A stretch of DNA of 27,647 nucleotides, from positions 1 to 27,647 of IMG/VR virus record IMGVR_UViG_3300016464_000006. One strand, 5' to 3'. The notes under the pieces were generated by a model. The model was not told the origin of the DNA and did not search any database. It worked only from the letters and a program-made list of their open reading frames with translations. Within the stretch, counting starts at the first letter, position 1, and every line of letters starts with the position of its first letter. Source of the stretch: a virus (lineage: Duplodnaviria > Caudoviricetes). Both the position numbers and the translations under genes were made by a program. This document shows, piece by piece, positions 17,013 to 27,214 of the stretch.

Positions 17013-17132
17013 AGGTCCTTCTCCCTTTATTAGTTGGTTTCGCAGGCCTCATATAGAATTGGGGATTTTCTATATGGCTCCTACTGCTGGTATTTATATC
17101 TCTCTAACGGGCCAGTCGTTCCGTTAGCAGGC
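17013..17132 (-). ncRNA. Candidate structured cis-regulatory RNA leader of the scaffold-capsid genes
   Basis: Hairpin CTAACGG/CCGTTAG, then a bulged hairpin GTAG-GA-GCC-ATATAGAA/TTCTATAT-GA-GGC-CTGC with an AATCCCCAA loop. Confidence 0.5.
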
Positions 17133-18452
17133 TTAGAATTGGCCAGCTCTTTCGCGGCCTAGCGCTCCTCCAGAAGTACCTACTTGACCAGAGAATTGTG
17201 CAGTCTCTAGTTGAGTAAGTCTTTTGCGCTTTTGTGCTGCTTCTGCAGCACCTGTTGTACCAAAGACTTCTGCTTCAGCAGTGGTTTGGGTAAATGGACC
17301 CATACCTTGCTTTGCGTAAATATCACCAAGTTTTGTAGCAGTTGGTAAGAACTCGGAGATTGCTTGGAATCCTTCACGTGCTTGCTGTGATGTAACTCCA
17401 AGAGCACCTAGTTCTTCTGCTCGTGTTCTTGTTGCTCCAAGACCTGCAAGTTTAGCAGCGCCACCGATTTCAGCGGCAGTTACCTTGCGCTTGATGTTCT
17501 CAATAGCCTTGGTTGGGTCAAGGACATAGGCAAGAATATCTCCATTAGAGATTTCATCACCGTAGTACTGAGTCAAAGCATCTTTGATTTGTGGAGCAGC
17601 GTTCATAACTCGACGCTGTGCGGTCTGTAAACGATCTTCTAGTTCTACTGGAGATACATCTCCAGCAATAAACTTCTCAAACCCTTCTTGACGACCCATA
17701 TCACCACGTGTGTAATAAGATTCTGGCAATCCATATTGACGCATTTTTTCTTGATATTGGTCTTCTAGGTTGATATATTCAGCCTCCGACAAGGCACGCA
17801 AACCCTTTTGTATACGGGATTGGTTAGCAGCAAAGCGCTTCTTGTAAGCGTCGGTATCTCGCAAACGGAGAGTAAACTCTGCTTTTGATAGGCCATCAGT
17901 AATAAATCCTTTGAGGGATTCTACTAAACCACCAAGGCCAAATTGGTTGAATTGTTCATAAAGTAAATCATAAGCAGATTGTCCTGCTCTACGCTTATCT
18001 TCTGCTTTGAGTTGAGTTAGATAATTATTGTAAGCGTTTATGTCAGTAAAAACTTTTCCATCTGGCGCTGTGTAAGTAGTTGGAGTTCCAGTACCGCTAG
18101 TTGAATCAGTAGTACCTGTCTTTGTTCCAATAGTGGATGTTCCGCCAGTAGTTGTAGTTGGCGTTTTAGATGTTACTGGAGTAGTTGAAACTCTTGATGC
18201 AGTTGCTTTAGGACCAGTAACGCCAGGAGTGACTTGCATTCCAGCAGCGGCTGCCGCTTCTGCTACTGCTTTATTTGCTTCTACTTGCGCTGGACTAAGA
18301 CCAGTTTTAGGGTCACGTACATAGTATGGGTCTATTGTTGCCTTGGTTGAAGTATCAACAATATCTGGAGATGATGAATAAGGCTCACGGTCTTCCTGTG
18401 GGAGTCTGGCTTGGATTCTTGCCCATTCTGCTTGAGTATATTTCTTAGCCAT
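17133..18452 (-). CDS. Putative internal virion (ejection) protein, 439 aa
   Basis: Helical and Ala/Gln-rich with a Thr-rich linker; lies between portal and scaffold. Confidence 0.55.
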   Translation of the reverse strand: MAKKYTQAEWARIQARLPQEDREPYSSSPDIVDTSTKATIDPYYVRDPKTGLSPAQVEANKAVAEAAAAAGMQVTPGVTGPKATASRVSTTPVTSKTPTTTTGGTSTIGTKTGTTDSTSGTGTPTTYTAPDGKVFTDINAYNNYLTQLKAEDKRRAGQSAYDLLYEQFNQFGLGGLVESLKGFITDGLSKAEFTLRLRDTDAYKKRFAANQSRIQKGLRALSEAEYINLEDQYQEKMRQYGLPESYYTRGDMGRQEGFEKFIAGDVSPVELEDRLQTAQRRVMNAAPQIKDALTQYYGDEISNGDILAYVLDPTKAIENIKRKVTAAEIGGAAKLAGLGATRTRAEELGALGVTSQQAREGFQAISEFLPTATKLGDIYAKQGMGPFTQTTAEAEVFGTTGAAEAAQKRKRLTQLETAQFSGQVGTSGGALGRERAGQF

Positions 18453-18454
18453 TA

Positions 18455-19858
18455 TTACCCCTGGAATCCAAAGTCACGGAGGACTTCTAGTGCAATATCT
18501 GATACCTCTTCACGGGCATTATCTGTGTACTGCCAACGCGGGTCTTTACGAATCATCTTCTTGTAATCATACAAAGTTTGTTCTTTGTCTGGTCCAATAG
18601 CAGCTCGTAATAGCGGATCATCTAGGCTGATAGCATCTTCATCTACTTCAAGTAGGCTTGCCATCTGACGACGATATGGACTATAGATAGTTTCAAGGTC
18701 TACACCTTGGTCTAGCAATCCACCGACTTTATCTGGTAGACCCAACTTAGCTACGCTACGGATAATCTGTTTGTAAGTATCAACAGATTCACCTTGTTCA
18801 ATGCTTTGCAACCAGTTTTGAACCTGACCACCAAATGCTTTATTGAGGTCGAGGCCGTTAGCTTTAGCAGTCTTAGTAAGTTCTGCAAGATTCTTACCAG
18901 CTCTGCCGCCAAGTACTCCATCTTTACCCGTAACAATTTTGTCGCGTAGTAAAGAACGGACAGTGGCAATATCAGCATCTTGACCGCTGTCATAAATCTG
19001 TTCAGCAAAGGACCTGATTTCATCATCGCCTAAAGTTGCTCCTGATTCAAGAACATACTCTTTGATTCGATTGATTGTTTCAGTAAGACCACGACCATAG
19101 GCAGTCTTCGCTGCAGCAGATGACAACGCATCGCCAGTCAATCCCTTTGTTACTTCTTTATAGACACCTTTGAGTTTTGCGCGATTCTCAATTTCTGGAT
19201 CTTTGAGTGCGTTAGTGGCAATGGTGCTCTTGAAAGCCTTACCAATATTTGATTCAAGCCAGAAGTTCTCGTCTAAACCACCAGTAGTATCTGTAGTTGT
19301 GACACCATTTTTTGTGGTGTATTTTGTGATGATTGGGTTCTTCTTCTGTTCTGCTTGTAACTTTTTACGCCACTCTTTGATTTGTTCAGGAGTTGCTTCA
19401 ATACCAAGGCTTTCAAATACCTTAGCAACGCGAGCATCAGCGGTAGTGTCGTCATCTACACGACTAGCCTTTTGAGTAGATGGCCCACCTGCTTTTCCCC
19501 CAGCAGTAACAGGGACTGTATTCTCAACCAAGAATTGACGTAGGGTCAAACCTGTGCGACCAGTGCGTGAGGCATCTACAGCAAGGTCACTATTGGCTCT
19601 GCTGTAAGCATCAGCAAGGGTCTTGTTATATTTATTCGTTGATGTTCTGAGATAACCAGCAGATACAAGCAAATCTGCGATAGCCTTGATTTCTGCAGGC
19701 GAGGCATTGAGTAGCGCTACAGCAAAAGGATCTGTGGCTACACCTGTAGTCGTTCCACCCTTGTAACCAGCATAACCGCCTTGGACATTAGAGACAGTTG
19801 AGCCACTAGCTGGAAGAGCGGAGTTCTTCCAATTATTCCAAAAAGCACCTTCTGGCAC
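18455..19858 (-). CDS. Putative internal virion protein, 467 aa
   Basis: AGGAG SD; helical composition; position in the operon. Confidence 0.55.
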   Translation of the reverse strand: MPEGAFWNNWKNSALPASGSTVSNVQGGYAGYKGGTTTGVATDPFAVALLNASPAEIKAIADLLVSAGYLRTSTNKYNKTLADAYSRANSDLAVDASRTGRTGLTLRQFLVENTVPVTAGGKAGGPSTQKASRVDDDTTADARVAKVFESLGIEATPEQIKEWRKKLQAEQKKNPIITKYTTKNGVTTTDTTGGLDENFWLESNIGKAFKSTIATNALKDPEIENRAKLKGVYKEVTKGLTGDALSSAAAKTAYGRGLTETINRIKEYVLESGATLGDDEIRSFAEQIYDSGQDADIATVRSLLRDKIVTGKDGVLGGRAGKNLAELTKTAKANGLDLNKAFGGQVQNWLQSIEQGESVDTYKQIIRSVAKLGLPDKVGGLLDQGVDLETIYSPYRRQMASLLEVDEDAISLDDPLLRAAIGPDKEQTLYDYKKMIRKDPRWQYTDNAREEVSDIALEVLRDFGFQG

Positions 19859-19870
19859 GTGTATCTCCTA

Positions 19871-22800
19871 TTAGTCTCTGATAAGTCTTGAGAATAGAGC
19901 AAAGTACGCATCTTGTGCATTACGGTTTGTCTTGGACAAACGCTCTAGTTCTGCCTTAGCCTGTTGCTTGAGTAAGTCTTTATAGTTCTCTGCTGAGATA
20001 CTATTGCCATATACCGAGTCACGGGCATTGATGTACTGGTTATAGACATCCAACATACCTTGAATTGGTTGGCGAATCTTTGAATCAAGTTTGACATTTT
20101 TATCTGAAAGCATATCTTGTAAATCGCGTAGAGCGATATTGCGCTGGATAGCCCGTTCTGCTCCCTTGCCAAGTTCTTCTTGCAAGTTAGGACGTGCCTT
20201 TTTGAATGATTCAGACCAGCGTGACCACTGTTCTTTCAACTGACGCTTGGCATAATCATTGTATGTATTGGCTAGTTCTGCCTCATACTGATCCTGCTGG
20301 TCGTAGTAGAAGTTTTCATCAAAGGCTGTATTGACTTCCCGCAGGTAATCTTCCATAGTCTTTGAACGCTTCAAGCCCATTGTCATTAGTATCTTGTAGG
20401 CATCAAAATCAAATTCGCCTTCCTTCGGAATAAAGAAGGATGCGGCCTCTGGATATTTCTTGAGTAGACCTTGGTTCTTGTCAATCCATTCATTAGCCTT
20501 CTTATTAGCGCTAAGAATTGCGACAACATTGCTTTCAGACTCAGATATTGTATAAGGCATCTGATCTGGGAATAGACGAATCCATTCCTTCATCGCGGTG
20601 TCATAATCGCCTGTCTTTTCAACAAGGTTATTCCACGTCTGCTTGAAGTTTGTCTGACCATTCTGGCGTACCCACTGAGCAATCTCGGACTTGAGAGTTG
20701 TTTGTGGTGGCGCAGGTACGATAAATCCAAGTATGAAACGCAGAGCCAGCGCTGTAAATGTAGAAGCCTTGAGTTTCTCTTGATACTGCTCAAGTTCTCC
20801 TGGTGTAATCGGAATCTCTTGACCAGTTACAGGGTCAATCTTTGGCTTGAGTCCGTGACCTGTAGCCTCAAGATACGACGCTGCCTTGCGGAATGCTGAT
20901 GCGAACTGAGAGTTGCGCTCGTTCTTATCCATCAACGCAAGGAATCTGTTGAAGTGCGCTGGGAAGATTGCCTGAACAATCGGTTGATCTTCACCGTATT
21001 GACCTAAGAATACTCGCTCTAACTTCTCTAGCGGTGGTACTAGGGCAAAGATTGCCTTCATTGATAAAGCAGATACAGGACCTGCGAAAGTTGGGAAAAG
21101 TGAATCTGGGTTAGATGATGGTGTAATCATCTTCAACTTAGCGGAAAACTCAATCGGCATTGGAGCCTTGACTGCTTCTTCCTGACCAAAAGCACGCATT
21201 ACCTTCTCTACACTCTGGTACATAGCAGTTGTGCCAGGGTAGAAGAAGTACTGTTCGCCAGTATCGTCTGTCTGCACTAAGCCAGAGTGTGCAATACCGT
21301 CATAAGTCAACGATGCACGCGTAATAGCCTCTGGGTTGTAGCGTACTGTGCGATAGAAACGACGATAAAAGTCTTCAGTTGCTCGATAGAAACGAGCAAA
21401 GTTACGACCAGTCAAAGCGAGTTGGGTACGAACTGCTGGGTTATCTAGGAAAGCAAGTGCGCTGTCCTTAGCCAAGTCCTCAGCCATTGTGTTGATATGG
21501 CGTTGTGCTGCTCTGTAGGCAAGTTCATATGCTTCATCTGTCTTACCAGCGGTAAATTGACTGATTACCTTCTGACTAAAGCCTGACTTATCTAGTTCTT
21601 TACGGAAGCGAATCAATTCATTGATAACGATTGGCTCACGTGACCAACGAGCGTTGGCTTCTCCCATAGCATCCCAGCCCTTTTCATACAAGGCTGCGAC
21701 AAAGTTATCTGATTCTGCTACTGGAACTAACGTTGGTCCAGATATAAACTCTGGCGCTAACTTAGGATCATCTGGCAAGTCAACAAGTTTGAGTTCTTTT
21801 GCAGATACTGAAACATATCCGCTTCTATCGGTCTTCTTTACTTTATCAAGAAGGTCTTGATTGATATTACCCTTCCTATCAGAGAATAAATTACGTACTG
21901 CAATGTACGCACGTTGAGCGTGAACTCGCTCATCTACACCCTTTGAGTAGAGTTGGAATCTCTTCTTCTCTTGCTCAGGTAAATTCTTGAGGAATTTAGC
22001 CATCTCATCAACGGCTGTGACATCATCTTCAAGGTTCTTGATAGCAATGCGACCTAAATCATCATTAGCCATAACACCAAGTTGGAATAACCAACTTACC
22101 TTGGATTGCTCACTAGCAACTGGGTTGAATTGAGTAAAGGCCTTGTCCCCGACAGAGCGCTTATAGGCTTTACCATCAATGGTAATTGCTTCCATCTTTC
22201 CAAAACGAGATACATCATCTGCTACATTGGAATAACGGCTATTGCCACGAGCGGCATTCTTAGCACCTTCTGATACATCAGCAAGGAGTGAATCTAAGTC
22301 ACCATATTTGGCTACATCAGCAACAATCTTGGCTGACTCTTCATCTAACTTGTAGGCTAGTTTACGGCGAAGAACTGCTTCTGCCATAACAGCACGAACT
22401 GCGTTTTCATTAGGAGCTACAGCCATCTTTTTTGCGAACTCTTCTAGTTCGTCAGCTTTGAGAAACTTATTGATAGCACCAAGTTCACCTTGGTTGCTGT
22501 TGATAAAAACTGTGTCTTTGAGTTTTTGCAGTGCAGTATCTTCACCTGCTACGCCTCTACCTGTACGAATACGTGTTGACCAAAGACGACCTCTGACCAT
22601 ATCCCAAGGATTACGACCACGTGCTAAGAAGAACATATCGTCTTCAATGGTGTTACGGATAGCAAAGCGTGGACCTGCAAGGGTCAAGAATGACCAACCA
22701 GATGTAATTTGGTCTACCCACTTGTTATGCGATAATCCAACAAGTTTGGAAACCAAGCCCTGACGTGCAGTAAGTCTGTCAAGATCTACCACCGATGGAA

Positions 22801-24547
22801 TGACCATTGATGATGACAACTGATATGGGAACAAAGCCATCTGTTCACCAGCAAATTCAGCAGGGTTTCCTACGCGGTTACCATCTACAACGATGTCTGC
22901 AGCGTAGCGCTTTTCCAAACCGCGACCTGCGAACTGCTCCATAAAGGTTTTACCTGGGTCACCTTTGCGAACACCACGAGTTGAGAAGATAGTATTCCAA
23001 AGTCCCTTGGTAATCTGAATACGCTGACCTTCATCACCAGCGGCAAATGCCTCAGCAATAATCTTGCTATGGTAACGAGAGTTAGTCAAGCGTGCTGTAC
23101 GGTAAATCTGGTCAACAGCATCTGGTGCTGATGTATCAAAAACCGTAGCAGTTGGGTTAGGAACCTTTGTAAACTTGCGAGCAAAGCGATCAATACGGCC
23201 TTGAATCTGGTTAGCAGAGAAACGAACTACTCCATCTGGACCCTTGAGCCTGCCAACTTTCTTTTCTAAAGCAGCAATATCTTCAGCACGAGTAGTGATA
23301 CCAGTGAGAATATCTTCGTATTGTGGGCCAGTTCCATATAAAGCAGATACAAGTTTCTGACCTACATTGTCAATGTTGAGAACCTTGTTACCAGCAGTTA
23401 GTGCTGCGATACGAGCCTTACGTCCTGCTGTCATACGTGGAATCAAAGGAGTCTCACGGGCTGCTTGGCCCTTGAGAATGTTTATCATATCAACGCTATT
23501 TTGGAAATAGTTTTTTGCAGTAATAGCGTCTTTTACGCCAGCCTTTGTAAACTCTTCAATAGCGGCAGTACCAAACTCTGGGGCAATACGACGAAGCATT
23601 GTGGAAGCCTTCTCAGCTTCAACGATATTCTTAGCCTTACGAGCCTTATCAAGGTTATCTAGTTCTTTACCATAAGCATTGAAGAAGTTGACAACCTTTG
23701 GATTAGCAAAAGCCTCGTCTACCTTCTTGGTAGAACCAGCAATCTTGATGATGGAATAGTTGGCAGCATCGTATGCTTTCTTGGCTTTGCCAAGTGCAAG
23801 GGTCGGATCTACAAAGAGACGATAGGTAGCATCGCCAATACCAGAGATTCCTTTGTAAAGAATGCCTGAACCTTCCAAACCTTCTGGAAGAAATGTGTTT
23901 GCTATCTGACGACCTGGTGAATACTTAGCAGCAAAGACTGCATCGTAGGCATCTTGCCACAATGGGTCTTTCTTTTGTGCTGCAAGAGATGCAATTTCTT
24001 TTTCTTCAGGTGTTCCAGTAGCAATAATGTCTGCAAGGTCACGACCTTGAGATACTTGCTGTGCTAACTTGACGCGAGTCGGGCCATATTTAGCAGTTGC
24101 TTTAGAGATTCTAGTCTCATTGTAAAGAAGTTCGCCATTATCGTTGGACTTATCCCACGCTTGGGTAAGAATCTTGACCTTATCTGCAGGTGTCTTACTG
24201 AAATCAGGTCTGAAATAGCCTGCTTCGTTAGCAAGTGCGCCTGTTCGATACAAGCGGGTCATAAAATCTGATACTTCAGTCAGCGCATTGACTACCTGAC
24301 CACCTGTATAGTGCCACGCAGTACCGAGCCAGCCACGCTTTTGTGGTTCTGGGTTAGTGCCGAAGGTAGTCTTGAGAGTTTCCTGCTGATCTGCAGGTAA
24401 AGATTGGAACTTGATGCGTGCTTCATTGGCAGGCATATCAAGCAAACTTTTATGTGTGCTAACTAACTTAGATATTGCTCCTACTTTTTCTTTATCAGTA
24501 GAAGATAATCCAGCTTGAGCAGATGCAATCTTGAGATTTTTCTCCAC
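19871..24547 (-). CDS. Very large helical protein, putative internal virion/DNA ejection protein, 1558 aa
   Basis: Long ORF of mostly helical composition; no catalytic motif recognised. Confidence 0.55.
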   Translation of the reverse strand: MEKNLKIASAQAGLSSTDKEKVGAISKLVSTHKSLLDMPANEARIKFQSLPADQQETLKTTFGTNPEPQKRGWLGTAWHYTGGQVVNALTEVSDFMTRLYRTGALANEAGYFRPDFSKTPADKVKILTQAWDKSNDNGELLYNETRISKATAKYGPTRVKLAQQVSQGRDLADIIATGTPEEKEIASLAAQKKDPLWQDAYDAVFAAKYSPGRQIANTFLPEGLEGSGILYKGISGIGDATYRLFVDPTLALGKAKKAYDAANYSIIKIAGSTKKVDEAFANPKVVNFFNAYGKELDNLDKARKAKNIVEAEKASTMLRRIAPEFGTAAIEEFTKAGVKDAITAKNYFQNSVDMINILKGQAARETPLIPRMTAGRKARIAALTAGNKVLNIDNVGQKLVSALYGTGPQYEDILTGITTRAEDIAALEKKVGRLKGPDGVVRFSANQIQGRIDRFARKFTKVPNPTATVFDTSAPDAVDQIYRTARLTNSRYHSKIIAEAFAAGDEGQRIQITKGLWNTIFSTRGVRKGDPGKTFMEQFAGRGLEKRYAADIVVDGNRVGNPAEFAGEQMALFPYQLSSSMVIPSVVDLDRLTARQGLVSKLVGLSHNKWVDQITSGWSFLTLAGPRFAIRNTIEDDMFFLARGRNPWDMVRGRLWSTRIRTGRGVAGEDTALQKLKDTVFINSNQGELGAINKFLKADELEEFAKKMAVAPNENAVRAVMAEAVLRRKLAYKLDEESAKIVADVAKYGDLDSLLADVSEGAKNAARGNSRYSNVADDVSRFGKMEAITIDGKAYKRSVGDKAFTQFNPVASEQSKVSWLFQLGVMANDDLGRIAIKNLEDDVTAVDEMAKFLKNLPEQEKKRFQLYSKGVDERVHAQRAYIAVRNLFSDRKGNINQDLLDKVKKTDRSGYVSVSAKELKLVDLPDDPKLAPEFISGPTLVPVAESDNFVAALYEKGWDAMGEANARWSREPIVINELIRFRKELDKSGFSQKVISQFTAGKTDEAYELAYRAAQRHINTMAEDLAKDSALAFLDNPAVRTQLALTGRNFARFYRATEDFYRRFYRTVRYNPEAITRASLTYDGIAHSGLVQTDDTGEQYFFYPGTTAMYQSVEKVMRAFGQEEAVKAPMPIEFSAKLKMITPSSNPDSLFPTFAGPVSALSMKAIFALVPPLEKLERVFLGQYGEDQPIVQAIFPAHFNRFLALMDKNERNSQFASAFRKAASYLEATGHGLKPKIDPVTGQEIPITPGELEQYQEKLKASTFTALALRFILGFIVPAPPQTTLKSEIAQWVRQNGQTNFKQTWNNLVEKTGDYDTAMKEWIRLFPDQMPYTISESESNVVAILSANKKANEWIDKNQGLLKKYPEAASFFIPKEGEFDFDAYKILMTMGLKRSKTMEDYLREVNTAFDENFYYDQQDQYEAELANTYNDYAKRQLKEQWSRWSESFKKARPNLQEELGKGAERAIQRNIALRDLQDMLSDKNVKLDSKIRQPIQGMLDVYNQYINARDSVYGNSISAENYKDLLKQQAKAELERLSKTNRNAQDAYFALFSRLIRD

Positions 24548-24954
24548 TACAAACCTCGCGCTACGAAGTCCTGATACAGAACTGCAATCTCTCCAGATTC
24601 ATCATATGGCAATAACTTAGCCAAGGTATCTGAATACTTTTCAACTGGAGCTGGACGCATACCAAGAACTTCTGGACCTGGGCCAGGTCCCATTGCAATA
24701 CCTGAAGTGATTGGTTCATCTGGGCGCTGGCTTGGTGCATACAATGGTGTTACTGGTTCTAGTTGGCTTGGTGCCATACCTTGTTCACTAAGTGATGTAG
24801 GACGGACATCAGCGGTCTTAGCAAGTGGAGCGCCTTGTTTGATAGCGGCTTGCTCTACACCTGCACCATAAGAATCTGATTGAAACTCTAATCCATCGGT
24901 TCTTGTGGAGAACTTGCCTGGACCTGCTGGGCCTGCGAGTGGTCCTCTAGCCAT
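24547..24954 (-). CDS. Pro/Gly-rich hypothetical protein (GPGKFSTRTD; RPDEPITSG...GPGPGPE)
   Basis: GGAGG SD; follows the portal region. Confidence 0.75.
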   Translation of the reverse strand: MARGPLAGPAGPGKFSTRTDGLEFQSDSYGAGVEQAAIKQGAPLAKTADVRPTSLSEQGMAPSQLEPVTPLYAPSQRPDEPITSGIAMGPGPGPEVLGMRPAPVEKYSDTLAKLLPYDESGEIAVLYQDFVARGL

Positions 24955-25165
24955 TGTTGTCCTCCATCTTCTCTAAATCTGATGTGAATTGTTCCCATAC
25001 TCTGGAAACTTTTGTTTTTCTATTTGCGTTATACACTGCTAAATCTAATAATTCTGAAGTGAGCATCTCTATGGCTCTAACTATGTTTACTGCGAATCCT
25101 GATATAACTACTAAGAAATCTGCGAAAGTGACAGAACGTGGTACATAGTCTTTATCTTCGTCCAC
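24947..25165 (-). CDS. Hypothetical protein with hydrophobic helix
   Basis: Start revised to GTG 25165 (GAAAGGA SD). Confidence 0.65.
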   Translation of the reverse strand: MDEDKDYVPRSVTFADFLVVISGFAVNIVRAIEMLTSELLDLAVYNANRKTKVSRVWEQFTSDLEKMEDNNG

Positions 25166-25186
25166 GCTCTGTCCTTTCAAATAACA

Positions 25187-25318
25187 CTAAGCCTTCTTGC
25201 CTTTACGTGCGGCTGGAGCATAACCAAACTTGACATCTGCCATTTTTGGTTTCTTGGTATCCATTTTGCCCTTTGTTGGCTGTTGCATTGGAGCCTTTTC
25301 ACGACCACCTTTTTTCAT
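25187..25318 (-). CDS. Lys-rich 43-aa protein MKKGGREKAPMQQPTKGKMDTKKPKMADVKFGYAPAARKGKKA
   Basis: Strong GGAGGTG SD immediately after the portal stop codon. Confidence 0.75.
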   Translation of the reverse strand: MKKGGREKAPMQQPTKGKMDTKKPKMADVKFGYAPAARKGKKA

Positions 25319-25330
25319 ATTACACCTCCC

Positions 25331-27058
25331 TTACCCTGCAATAGATGCGAGTAACGACGCTATATCTGGACGAGCGCCAGCAGCAGGGGCCGCACCCATT
25401 TGTTCTGGAGTTGGCTGCGAGGCAGGAACGGGGGCCATACCTGCTGCTGGAACTTGTTCGCCCATTGGCATTTCTGGTTGTGGTTCTGGTGTAAACACCT
25501 TCTCCACGATACTTTCTAGCGCTAAACCTTTTTGACGACCTTTGATTACTTCGGCGATTCTGGAAACGATTTGAGAAGGATCTTGACCTTGTGCTGCAAG
25601 CGCAGGAATAGCCTGGGCATACTGAGCAACAGCAACGCGAAGAGAATCGCGCATCTCTTCAATATCCACACGCTGTTCTTCTTGAGTGACATTGAGTTCC
25701 ATCGGTATCTCGCGGCGTACATAGTCGCGGCTTACAAGTTTATCGCTACGCATCTGTAGCAAAGCAATGATGGCATTGTTTGGATTCATTCCAGACATAA
25801 TGCCGTAACGAACATCTACTCCATACTCACCAGCAATAGCCTTGCTTGGTATGTACTTCATATTGAACGGTGTTCCGTCGTCTACGCCCTTGATTTCCTT
25901 GGTCATAGATCCGAAAATCTTCTCGTCTACTTCAAAGCAGATTGAGACAAGTTCAGTAAACAGGCGTGCAAACTGTGCTTGTGCTGCACGAACCTGTGTA
26001 TCAAAGCCTGCTTGAAGTGCTTGAACTCCACGACCTGTGATGATAGAAGCATCAACGTTACCGCTACGTACTTCTGGGTAACGAGCACCAAGACGAAGTT
26101 CACGCTCTAGTACGCCAGACTCAGTAAATACTCCAGGAGGTAGTTCTAGCGGTACGCGCCGAATTGCTTGAGGGTTAGCAGAGCGCATAATGGAGTCAGG
26201 GCCAAGTGCGAGTTCTTGGACATCCTGCGGAATAGCAATCGGTGCTTGAATAGATTTCTCTGCTGCTTGAATCTGTAACACAGCAAAGCGAGCACGTGCT
26301 AGTTGTACCGCTAGAATATCATCGAACTGACCGCGTGCTTCTCCATCAAGAGATGAACGAACAGCAACACGAGCCAAGCATTTACCAACAGGATTAGGAA
26401 TGTTGGATAGAACTAGGTTGTTGCGTTCTGGAATGAAGATGAGATCTTGGTCTTTGTCGTGGTAACGAACCATTGTGACTGCTTGTGCGCCAGATGCCAA
26501 TGGCATACGTGGCATAATCTGTGAAGCAAACTCTGGATACTGTGATGCCAAAGTCTCAGCATCGGTAATAGTTACTTGAGTGATAGAGATACAACGACCG
26601 AATCTGTCAATCTCTGGGTAAACACCAAATGGATTGAGCAGGCGGATACGTGGATTGTTGCTTTCGTAATCCATCTCCACCATTGCTGGGAGCATTCCAT
26701 AAGTGTTGAACCAGTCAGCACCGTTGTACATTTGAATCTGTAGTTCAGAACCTGCGACGTAATAGTTGGCAATGCGGGTTCTAGTATCTGCGGCCTTGCG
26801 TGCACTGTCTGAAACCATATTGGTAGCAGCGCAGTTGAACGAAGGAAGCGGTGCCATAACCTCAGCGAGGTCACGTGCTGCTACATCTACGAAGTTAGCA
26901 ACCAGAGGCTTGGGGTATTCCTCAGAGAACATCGCAGGATAGACCTTGCTAATGTCTCCTTGACGTACTGATAGCACGTCACGCATACGTTGATCTCTAG
27001 CAGCATAGCGGGTCTGTAGACGCGCTACCTTAGAAATCACATCCTTGGTTGATAACAT
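25331..27058 (-). CDS. Portal protein
   Basis: 575 aa after the terminase; portal-like helical/beta organisation with a disordered Pro/Ala tail. Confidence 0.85.
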   Translation of the reverse strand: MLSTKDVISKVARLQTRYAARDQRMRDVLSVRQGDISKVYPAMFSEEYPKPLVANFVDVAARDLAEVMAPLPSFNCAATNMVSDSARKAADTRTRIANYYVAGSELQIQMYNGADWFNTYGMLPAMVEMDYESNNPRIRLLNPFGVYPEIDRFGRCISITQVTITDAETLASQYPEFASQIMPRMPLASGAQAVTMVRYHDKDQDLIFIPERNNLVLSNIPNPVGKCLARVAVRSSLDGEARGQFDDILAVQLARARFAVLQIQAAEKSIQAPIAIPQDVQELALGPDSIMRSANPQAIRRVPLELPPGVFTESGVLERELRLGARYPEVRSGNVDASIITGRGVQALQAGFDTQVRAAQAQFARLFTELVSICFEVDEKIFGSMTKEIKGVDDGTPFNMKYIPSKAIAGEYGVDVRYGIMSGMNPNNAIIALLQMRSDKLVSRDYVRREIPMELNVTQEEQRVDIEEMRDSLRVAVAQYAQAIPALAAQGQDPSQIVSRIAEVIKGRQKGLALESIVEKVFTPEPQPEMPMGEQVPAAGMAPVPASQPTPEQMGAAPAAGARPDIASLLASIAG

Positions 27059-27064
27059 TTGTCC

Positions 27065-27214
27065 CTACTTCTTCTTGACCTTGATTACTGGCTTCTTCTT
27101 GAAGCCTGGGATTCCAACATCGCTGTCGCCAGGATATTTTTTATTCTTAGATGGCAGAGTCTTGCCCTTCATAATTGCTGCGTCTAGCGCATTCATTTTC
27201 TTTTTTGCTGCCAT
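27065..27214 (-). CDS. Lys-rich 49-aa protein MAAKKKMNALDAAIMKGKTLPSKNKKYPGDSDVGIPGFKKKPVIKVKKK
   Basis: TAATG coupling to the terminase stop; fills the terminase-portal gap. Confidence 0.65.
   Translation of the reverse strand: MAAKKKMNALDAAIMKGKTLPSKNKKYPGDSDVGIPGFKKKPVIKVKKK

Noticed and set aside
19871-24547. Tape measure protein or virion RNA polymerase
   Set aside because: No adjacent tail tube or chaperone genes, no periodic TMP repeats, and no recognisable polymerase catalytic motif.
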